DNA of 32,000 nucleotides from Massilicoli timonensis (GTDB lineage Bacteria; Bacillota_I; Bacilli_A; Erysipelotrichales; Erysipelotrichaceae): NCBI RefSeq assembly GCF_900199515.1, contig NZ_LT963434.1, positions 813,272 to 845,271 of the forward strand, read 5' to 3'. Shown piece by piece: positions 25,277 to 32,000 of this stretch (position 1 is its first letter; each line of letters starts with the position of its first letter). The notes under the pieces were generated by a model. It saw only the letters and a program-made list of their open reading frames with translations, ran no database searches and was not told where the DNA came from. The position numbers and the translations under genes were made by a program.

Positions 25277-26476
25277 TCAATATTGTTCACATAGGAGAAA
25301 ATCTGCCAAATACACGATTTTGATCCCATTGCTATTTCCCGCCGCAAATTCATCTAAGGTAACAACATATTTTGGATAATGATCCTTTATTGCAAGAAGA
25401 TTGGCAATTTCCCGATCAGATTCTTCCGGCAATTGCCGGCACACTTGCACATAGATCCGTTCATCACGCCGCACTGCAACAAAATCAATTTCCTTTGTAC
25501 CATGCTTGCCGATATAGACATCATAGCCTTTTCGGCGCAGCTCAAAATAGACGATATTTTCAAGCATTGCCGCAAGTGATTTCGGATTGAATCCCATGAT
25601 GCAGTATTTCAGCGATGAATCGGCAAGATAAAATTTCTCTTGTGTTTTCAAAACTGATTTTCCCTGTAAATCGTAGCGACGACAGCGATAGATGATAAAC
25701 GCTTTTTCCAGCCACTCCAAATAGTTATACACAGCTTCAACAGACAAAGAACGGCCTTCACTCTTCAAAAACTTCACGATCGCATTGGCAGAAAAAGTTT
25801 TACCGACATTTTCAACAATGTAGAGAACGACCCGATTAAACAGATCATAATTCGTAATCGCATGCCGTTTTGTAATATCGCTTGTAATGACAGAATGATA
25901 GATCCCTTCTACGATCTGATAAGCAGAGCCTTCATCGAAATCACCGATCGCAACGATCGGAAAGCCGCCCATACGAATATAATCAGATAAGTGTTCTCTT
26001 ATCGAAAGACTGCTTTCTTTCTTAAATGCCAAATATTCAGCAAAGGACAGCGTATAAACCGGAATGGAAATATATCTGCCTGTGAGATAAGTTGAAATTT
26101 CACTTGCCATCAGTTTAGAATTAGAGCCGGTTACATAAAGATCGACGTTTTCATCTTCAAGCAAGCTGTTGATCGCTTTTTCCCAGCCGCTCACTTCCTG
26201 CACTTCATCAAGAAGCAGATAATACCGCCCTTCTTTATTCATCTGTTTTTTGATACCGTCATACATTTCTTTATCGCTCATTCCCGCGTCAAAATCTTCT
26301 GCGGTATAACGCATACTGATAATATGATCTGCGGCAATACCGCTTTCCAATAAGTCATTACGCAACATTTCTAAAATGGTGGACTTGCCGCAGCGACGAA
26401 TGCCCGAAAGAATTTTTACTAAGGGAACGTCACGATACGTTTTTAATCGTTTCATATAATATGGTCTTATGATCAT
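25277..26476 (-). CDS. AAA+ superfamily ATPase with DUF4143-type C-terminal domain (COG1373-like)
   Basis: 399 aa. Walker A GIRRCGKST, Walker B YLLLDEVQ. Upstream promoter on the minus strand is TTGTTA-N17-TATACT. Monocistronic. Confidence 0.8.
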   Translation of the reverse strand: MIIRPYYMKRLKTYRDVPLVKILSGIRRCGKSTILEMLRNDLLESGIAADHIISMRYTAEDFDAGMSDKEMYDGIKKQMNKEGRYYLLLDEVQEVSGWEKAINSLLEDENVDLYVTGSNSKLMASEISTYLTGRYISIPVYTLSFAEYLAFKKESSLSIREHLSDYIRMGGFPIVAIGDFDEGSAYQIVEGIYHSVITSDITKRHAITNYDLFNRVVLYIVENVGKTFSANAIVKFLKSEGRSLSVEAVYNYLEWLEKAFIIYRCRRYDLQGKSVLKTQEKFYLADSSLKYCIMGFNPKSLAAMLENIVYFELRRKGYDVYIGKHGTKEIDFVAVRRDERIYVQVCRQLPEESDREIANLLAIKDHYPKYVVTLDEFAAGNSNGIKIVYLADFLLCEQY

Positions 26477-26733
26477 CTTATCATCTCCCTATTTCTTAAT
26501 CAGAGTATAACCAAAAACTTATAAAATAACAATAGTTTTTACTGATAATCCGAAAAAACTTTAATTTTTATTATAATTTTTATCATATATCCGCATAAAT
26601 TGATCATACACCGAAAAGTTTCCGCTGTATCAATGCGCATCATTTTTCCATATAAAATCCCACCGACACAGACACCTTTTTGTATCACTGCGTTAGTGGG
26701 ATCTTATCCTTACAATTCCTTTGTTTCATACGA

Positions 26734-27612
26734 TCATGATAATCGCTTCTGAAAATTACCGCTGACGCTCATGCCCTCATGGAAGATCACAAACGCATTC
26801 TCATCAATTTCATAAATGATCTTCTTCAATCGGCTGACTTCATATTTAGAAACGACCACGATCACGATATACGTTCCCTTCTCTGTATATGCGCCGTTTC
26901 CTTTCCAATACGTAACGCCTCGGCTCAAGCCTTCCATGATCGCTTTATAGACCCGCTCATCCTTTGTAAAGACCATGGCGGACATATTGATGTTCTGATA
27001 GTGAATGCGATCCAAGACAAAAGTCGTTACCGCCGAATACAGCACGGAATAAAGTGCGGTCGGCAGTTCAAACAGCACTGCGCATAGAATATAGATGCAA
27101 AGATTCAAAAGCAGAGACATTTTTCCGACGCTGAAATCAGAATACTTTGACGCGAGATAAACCCCTAAAATATCCGCGCCGCCGCTGCTTCCGCCGGCTC
27201 TCAGCGTTAAGCCGAGGCCAACCCCCGATATGATCCCGCCAAACAGACAGCTCGCCAGTACATCATCGACCAGTGCCGTTTTGGGAACACTGATCGCCGA
27301 TAAGAATACGGTTGTAAAAAACAGCGAAACGACGGTCTTCCAGAAAAAACGGTGGCTGATTACCTTATAGGCCATGAACAGCAGCGGTAAATTGATCAAA
27401 AAGTTCAAAACACCGGAAATATCCATCCCACCGAACGTCATGCCGACACGCTGCAGCAAGGTACGAATGATCTGCGCAGCTCCAAGAACGCCGCCATTGT
27501 AAAAGCCAAGCGGCATGATAAACAGATTGACGCCGATCGCGAAGATCAATGTACCGCCAATGACTGTCATGACATCATAAAACTGGTCTTTCGGTTTCAG
27601 TTTGCTGTCCAT
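26734..27612 (-). CDS. YitT family membrane protein, paralog 3
   Basis: Start at MDSKLKPKD (GGAGGG SD, 5-nt spacer). GGSSGGADILG. The C-terminus VIFHEGMSVSGNFQKRLS is close to paralog 1, and similarity is visible even at nucleotide level near the 3' ends. Confidence 0.85.
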   Translation of the reverse strand: MDSKLKPKDQFYDVMTVIGGTLIFAIGVNLFIMPLGFYNGGVLGAAQIIRTLLQRVGMTFGGMDISGVLNFLINLPLLFMAYKVISHRFFWKTVVSLFFTTVFLSAISVPKTALVDDVLASCLFGGIISGVGLGLTLRAGGSSGGADILGVYLASKYSDFSVGKMSLLLNLCIYILCAVLFELPTALYSVLYSAVTTFVLDRIHYQNINMSAMVFTKDERVYKAIMEGLSRGVTYWKGNGAYTEKGTYIVIVVVSKYEVSRLKKIIYEIDENAFVIFHEGMSVSGNFQKRLS

Positions 27613-27655
27613 ACACACCCTCCATTTCTTCATCAGTATATCACAGAATGAATGG

Positions 27656-27684
27656 ATTGTATCAGTTTTTTCAAGACGGGTCAA
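27656..27684 (-). promoter_or_regulatory. Promoter of YitT paralog 3
   Basis: The minus strand reads TTGACC (27684-27679), N17, TGaTACAAT (TACAAT 27661-27656). Confidence 0.55.
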
Positions 27685-27698
27685 GCAAATGATGAAAG

Positions 27699-27725
27699 AT
27701 CGTAACAGAACCGCTGTTTTACGAT
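27699..27725. repeat. Hairpin sharing a 22-nt core with the GH3 3' end
   Basis: atcgtaacag / ctgttttacgat stem with an aaccg loop. The core AACAGAACcGCTGTTTTACGAT (27704-27725) matches 15798-15819 at 21 of 22 positions. Confidence 0.5.
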
Positions 27726-27803
27726 GTTTTTATGCCCAAAATGAGACGTAAACATTCTCTATACCCTTTTTTTCAAGACGTTCGTTTTTCCCTGACAACC
27801 GTT

Positions 27804-28457
27804 TTACACTTTTATTTTTCTCATTACCACCTGCAACAGATCATCCGGCTGTTGTAAGATAAAATCACAAGGAACCGGCTGATCGCTGACAGCGCCCCAT
27901 TTGGCGAAAGCAAAAGCACAGCCTGCCGCTTTTGCGCACAGTGCGTCATTGATAGAATCACCGACAAATAAGATCTCACTTACATCACAGTGCGCCTGTT
28001 TTTGAATGAACCATAAAGAATCCGGCGCCGGTTTCGTATGCGCGATGCGATCATTTGTGGCAATCAGATCCTCCTCCAAAAGATCATACACATCCTGTAA
28101 CTGCTGCTTGGCCAAAGTAAACCCTTCCCGATTGCGAGAGGTATTGATGCCCAAACGGATCCCATAGGCATGCAGGGTACGCATGACCTCCAAGATTCCA
28201 TCAAAAGCAACGATATCTGACATAAAGTCATCTGCTTCCCCAAAACAGACCTGTTGAAACAAGGCTTGCTCTTCGGGCGGTATGTGCAGGTATGCACGCG
28301 TTTCCCGATCACTCATATAATAGCAGGGAATAAAGTGTTCATATGGCAGGGCTTTGCGATCTGGATACAGTTTATGATAGCCCTCATAAAGATGGGTGAT
28401 CATCTTGCTGCAATCCATCAGCGTGCCGTCACAGTCAAATATCACGATTCGATACAT
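27804..28457 (-). CDS. HAD-IA hydrolase (phosphoglycolate-phosphatase-like)
   Basis: MYRIVIFDCDGTLMD (DxDxT), INTSR, VGDSINDALCAKAAG. Start taken at the second ATG, 6 nt after the AGAGGG SD. Confidence 0.75.
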   Translation of the reverse strand: MYRIVIFDCDGTLMDCSKMITHLYEGYHKLYPDRKALPYEHFIPCYYMSDRETRAYLHIPPEEQALFQQVCFGEADDFMSDIVAFDGILEVMRTLHAYGIRLGINTSRNREGFTLAKQQLQDVYDLLEEDLIATNDRIAHTKPAPDSLWFIQKQAHCDVSEILFVGDSINDALCAKAAGCAFAFAKWGAVSDQPVPCDFILQQPDDLLQVVMRKIKV

Positions 28458-28467
28458 AAGCATCCCT

Positions 28468-28725
28468 CTATAAATACTTTTGACAAAAATCGATCAATGC
28501 CTGACAGGCTGTTTCTTCCTGTTCGCCGTTGACGATGATGCAGATCTGCTCACCGTGGCGTATGCCCAGTTCGATCACATCGACGATCCGGGTTGCCACT
28601 GCCGATCGATCTTCTGAATGAATCGTGATTCTGCAAGCATAGCTTCTTGCTAATTCTGCCAGCTTAGCAGCGGGACGTGCATGTAATCCGAGCGGGTCTT
28701 TTATGCGATGGTACAGTTTTTTCAT
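28468..28725 (-). CDS. HPr-family phosphocarrier-like protein
   Basis: 85 aa from MKKLYHRIKDPLGLHARPAAKL (GLHARPA is the His15 signature). AAGGAGGGA SD. The position equivalent to the regulatory Ser46 is Arg (VATRIVDV). Confidence 0.75.
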   Translation of the reverse strand: MKKLYHRIKDPLGLHARPAAKLAELARSYACRITIHSEDRSAVATRIVDVIELGIRHGEQICIIVNGEQEETACQALIDFCQKYL

Positions 28726-28743
28726 CTGATCCCTCCTTATCAA

Positions 28744-30606
28744 TTAAAGATAGTATGGCAAAAAGGTGCCGTCCGCACTCGTATCTTTGACCTTTCCGAC
28801 TTTTCGACAATCGCCGAGCAGATAAGTATCGGCGCAGATTCCCTGATAACGCTCTGCCATTTCTTTATTCGGTTTCATGCCGCAGGCTAAAATTACCTGT
28901 CCTTCATAAAATATACCGTCTTTGCTCCATACGCCTTCCGCCGTAATTTCGCTGCAATCGACTTCTTTGTATATGGAAATGGATTGTTTATACTTTGCCA
29001 ACTGTTCCTCTATCGCAAGATCATAAGCGCGATTATCCTGACGATGTAAAACACTTCCCGCCTCTAAGATCGTAACATGGCGTCCTTTCTTTGCCAGTGT
29101 AAGCGCCAATTCACAACCGATGCTGCCGCCGCCGATGATGACGATTTTATCCGATAACGAATCAATCTGCTCATAAGCGTCAAGCGCCTTTATCGCATAT
29201 GCTTTCCCCTCTAACCGAGGGATAATAGAAACTGCCCCTACCGCGATCAAAAGCGCCTGCGGTTCCATGGCAAGCAAGCTTTCACGGCTCGGCATCTCTC
29301 CCAATTTAAGTATGATCGGCAACTGTTTGATCTGATGGATCAAATAATCGCGGTATCGACGCAATTCGGTTTTATCTTCCACATGATCGCAAAAGCGCAA
29401 AACTCCGCCCAAGTCTTTTTCTTTCTCATAAAGGATGACCTGATGCCCTCTGGCTGCGCAGGTGATCGCTGATCGCATGCCGCTGATACCGCCGCCGATG
29501 ATAACCACTTTCTTAGAAACCGCAGCGGGAACGATCGTTTCCGGAAGCAGATCTTCATTCAGATAGCGTGGATTGACGCTGCATCCGACATTGATGCGAT
29601 CCGTGGTCCAGTGTAAACAATAACTGCATCTTAAACAAGGAACGATGTCCTCTTCTTTTCCTTCCATAATCTTGCGCAGCCATTTAGGATCGGCAATCAA
29701 TGCGCGTCCGATCGTAACCAGATCAGCCTGTCCCTTCGTTAAGATCGCCGCCGCGTCATCTGCCTCTAAAATCCCGCCGACCACCGCGATCGGAATAGCA
29801 AGCGTCTGTTTTAATTCCCGTGCATAATGCGCATTGACATTATGCGGCGCAAAAGGAGTCGTCGCCATATGAATACAGCCTTGTTTATTCATATCCGTGC
29901 CCGCAGACAAATTGATCATATCTACATACTTCTGCGCCTCTGTTAAAAACTGCTTCGTATCCGCAAAAGTGATGCCCTCTTCGATCCATTCCACCGCGCT
30001 GATTCGCAGATCGATCGGGAAATCGGGACCGACCGCTTTTCGTACCTGCTTTAAGATCATAAGCGGGAAACGCATGCGGTTTTCCAAAACGCCGCCATAA
30101 TGATCCGTGCGTTTGTTCCAAGCCGGCGATAAAAACTGTGCGGGCAGCCACCCATGCGCAAAATGAAGCATGACCATATCAAAGCCGAACTGTTTGGCAT
30201 CTAACGCCGCTTCTGCGAATTTTTCGGCAAGTTCCGCCAGTTCCGTTTCCGTGAGCGCGCGAATCCGTGTCCCCTCATCATTGACGCCGTCGCAAGGTCC
30301 TACCGTTTCTGCTCCGCGGTTATAAAGCCCCATGTGTATCAATTCCAGTGAAACTCTGGAACCGCCCGCTTTTAATTGATTCAGCGTATGGCGCGTCTTT
30401 TCCCGTTCATACTTTGAAAACAGATAAGGCGTATCCCACCATGCTCCTTTCACATTGATCCCGCCGCTTCCCATTACGATCAATCCCGCCTTACAAGCGA
30501 TCTTGTCGATCGAAAAAGGTGAGGTAGGAGCCGCAATTACTCGATTCTGCAAGGTTAGTTGATTGATCTTGATCGGTTCAAATAAACAACGATATGCTTC
30601 TTTCAT
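28744..30606 (-). CDS. NADH:flavin oxidoreductase of the OYE-like + FAD/NAD(P)-binding fusion family (2,4-dienoyl-CoA reductase / enoate reductase / BaiH-like)
   Basis: 620 aa. N-terminal LFEPIKINQLTLQNRVIAAPT and MLHFAHGWLPAQFLSPAWNKRTDHYGG. Cys cluster CLRCSYCL...GC. Rossmann motifs VVIIGGGISGM and IVIIGGGSIGCE. Confidence 0.85.
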   Translation of the reverse strand: MKEAYRCLFEPIKINQLTLQNRVIAAPTSPFSIDKIACKAGLIVMGSGGINVKGAWWDTPYLFSKYEREKTRHTLNQLKAGGSRVSLELIHMGLYNRGAETVGPCDGVNDEGTRIRALTETELAELAEKFAEAALDAKQFGFDMVMLHFAHGWLPAQFLSPAWNKRTDHYGGVLENRMRFPLMILKQVRKAVGPDFPIDLRISAVEWIEEGITFADTKQFLTEAQKYVDMINLSAGTDMNKQGCIHMATTPFAPHNVNAHYARELKQTLAIPIAVVGGILEADDAAAILTKGQADLVTIGRALIADPKWLRKIMEGKEEDIVPCLRCSYCLHWTTDRINVGCSVNPRYLNEDLLPETIVPAAVSKKVVIIGGGISGMRSAITCAARGHQVILYEKEKDLGGVLRFCDHVEDKTELRRYRDYLIHQIKQLPIILKLGEMPSRESLLAMEPQALLIAVGAVSIIPRLEGKAYAIKALDAYEQIDSLSDKIVIIGGGSIGCELALTLAKKGRHVTILEAGSVLHRQDNRAYDLAIEEQLAKYKQSISIYKEVDCSEITAEGVWSKDGIFYEGQVILACGMKPNKEMAERYQGICADTYLLGDCRKVGKVKDTSADGTFLPYYL

Positions 30607-31988
30607 ATAGATACCTCCGTTTCATTTATCGTTTTTTCTTCCCTGGTCACATCTTTTATCCAACGGCCTTGCATGATGCGTATCGTGCTCGTTCCCAACT
30701 TGATCACATCATCAAAGCGCAGCACCAGAAAAGTAAACCAAACCGGCAAGTTCCAAACAAAGGCACAGAGATAGCCAAGCGGAATACAGATCGTCCAAAG
30801 GAAGAGAATATCATTGATCAAGACAAATTTAGCGTCGCCACCGCCGCGCAAGATCCCGATCATATTGACAAATGCGTTGGGACGAAGTCCTTCCAAAAAT
30901 GCACCGATCAACAAAATATCCATTAAATAGCCCATGCTCTCCGCACTGATGTCATAAAGAAAAGGCATACTATAACGGCTTAAAAATACAAATGTGAACG
31001 CAAACAGACCGACCCCGACCGCCGCTTTTTGTAAACGGGCGATCACTTCCTTTAACTGTCCCTGCTTCCCCGCACCGATCGTGTTGCCGACGATGACTGC
31101 CGCCGCTGCCGCAATCCCCTGCGACATGACCGAAGAAAGCTGCGATACGACATTGTAAATGCTGTAGGCAGCCGTTACTGCCGTTCCCATATGGCCGATG
31201 ATGACCGTAAGCAGCGAGAAGCCAAGCGACCACAGCATTTCATTGCAGATGACCGGCACGCTGTTTTGTATGAACCGCCTGCGTAAAGAACGATCTAAAT
31301 GAAGCAGATCGCGTATTTTCAACATGATCTTTTTCTCAAAATATTTCATGTAAACCAAAACGGTGATACATTCGCAAATACGGGCGATCGTCGTCGCTAA
31401 GGCCGCACCGCTGACTCCCATTTCGGGCATGCCCAGATTACCGAAGATCAAGATCCAGTTCAAAACGATATTGACAGACAGTGACACCAGCGAAGCGATC
31501 AGTCCGATCCGCACCGTTCGCACAGCCCGCAGCACATTGCCGCTGATCGTCGCAATGCCGAAAAAGAGATAGGAAACACTGACGATGCGCAAATAATCTG
31601 CTCCCAGCGCGATTACTTCCGGATCGTTTGTAAAGATGTGCATGACCATGCGCGGCGCAAACAAAGAAAGCGCGACCATGATAAAAGCGAACAATAGAAC
31701 GATCCGATACGTATAAGCCAGTGTTCTGCGGATGCTTTCTCGATCTTTCCTGCCCCAAAACTGTGCCACCAGCACATTGGTTCCTCCGGCAGTTCCATAA
31801 ATCACCAGCGTAAAGATAAAAAACAGCTGATTGGCCAAAGCCGAGGCGGACAGCGCCGCTTCTCCAAGCGAGCCCAGCATCAGCGTATCCATCATTGATA
31901 CGCCGACCGTGATGAGATTCTGCAATGCGATCGGCATTGCGATCACCATCATGCTTCGATAAAACTGCTTTTTTCCCATTCCCTTCAC
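30603..31988 (-). CDS. MATE family efflux transporter
   Basis: 461 aa, 12 predicted TM helices, MATE-type N-terminus MPIALQNLITVGVSMMDTLMLGSLGEAAL. ATGA stop/start overlap with the flavoenzyme gene at 30603-30606. Start is ambiguous (GTG 31988 or ATG 31979). Confidence 0.85.
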   Translation of the reverse strand: MKGMGKKQFYRSMMVIAMPIALQNLITVGVSMMDTLMLGSLGEAALSASALANQLFFIFTLVIYGTAGGTNVLVAQFWGRKDRESIRRTLAYTYRIVLLFAFIMVALSLFAPRMVMHIFTNDPEVIALGADYLRIVSVSYLFFGIATISGNVLRAVRTVRIGLIASLVSLSVNIVLNWILIFGNLGMPEMGVSGAALATTIARICECITVLVYMKYFEKKIMLKIRDLLHLDRSLRRRFIQNSVPVICNEMLWSLGFSLLTVIIGHMGTAVTAAYSIYNVVSQLSSVMSQGIAAAAAVIVGNTIGAGKQGQLKEVIARLQKAAVGVGLFAFTFVFLSRYSMPFLYDISAESMGYLMDILLIGAFLEGLRPNAFVNMIGILRGGGDAKFVLINDILFLWTICIPLGYLCAFVWNLPVWFTFLVLRFDDVIKLGTSTIRIMQGRWIKDVTREEKTINETEVSI

Positions 31989-32000
31989 CTGCCTTCTTTT

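Noticed and set aside
25277-26733. Orphan AAA+/DUF4143 ATPase with an AT-rich 257-bp upstream region as a possible defence or mobile island
   Set aside because: It is a single gene with no nuclease, methylase, integrase or partner genes and no flanking repeats. This family is commonly found as scattered solo copies, so there is nothing here to support a system.
1-32000. CRISPR arrays, tRNA/rRNA genes, transposases, integrases, prophage modules
   Set aside because: Reading the intergenic regions and ORF translations showed no regularly spaced direct repeats, no cloverleaf-like or rRNA-like segments, and no recombinase-like ORFs.

Overview
This is a 32-kb chromosomal window from a low-GC Gram-positive (Bacillota-type) genome. 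The evidence for that is GGAGG Shine-Dalgarno sites, recurrent extended -10 promoters (TGnTAnAAT) and YitT/ECF/CoaX gene content. I cannot name the species. I support about 28 protein genes and saw no rRNA, tRNA, CRISPR array, transposase or integrase. Most of the content is ordinary. It comprises a partial LCP enzyme open to the window edge, a 3-gene ABC importer, and three YitT-family membrane proteins. It also holds a monofunctional GT51 transglycosylase, a GH3 NagZ-like lipoprotein, two HAD hydrolases, Xaa-Pro aminopeptidase, an aldehyde dehydrogenase and RsmE. There is a panT-coaBC-coaX CoA-salvage operon, an orphan AAA+/DUF4143 ATPase, and a MATE / OYE-FAD flavoenzyme / HPr-like / HAD operon. 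The best candidate for an undescribed system is 10501-13341. It has two tandem paralogous HTH+TPR (RRNPP-like) receptor genes followed by a 45-aa secreted pro-peptide gene, in an AT-rich, GATC-poor patch with inverted repeats around the peptide gene. This looks like an uncharacterised peptide quorum-sensing cassette with two receptors; that reading is inference from architecture only. Other points worth a second look are listed here. A PurF paralog has Ser in place of the catalytic Cys1. A coupled COG0523 GTPase pair has one member that lost CxCC and carries a DUF1980-like CC-motif domain. A Fic/Doc-like protein has Gln in place of the catalytic His, behind a promoter containing four copies of TTAGGGAAC. 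GATC is several-fold over-represented across the window. All functional calls rest on motif recognition by eye; no database search was run.
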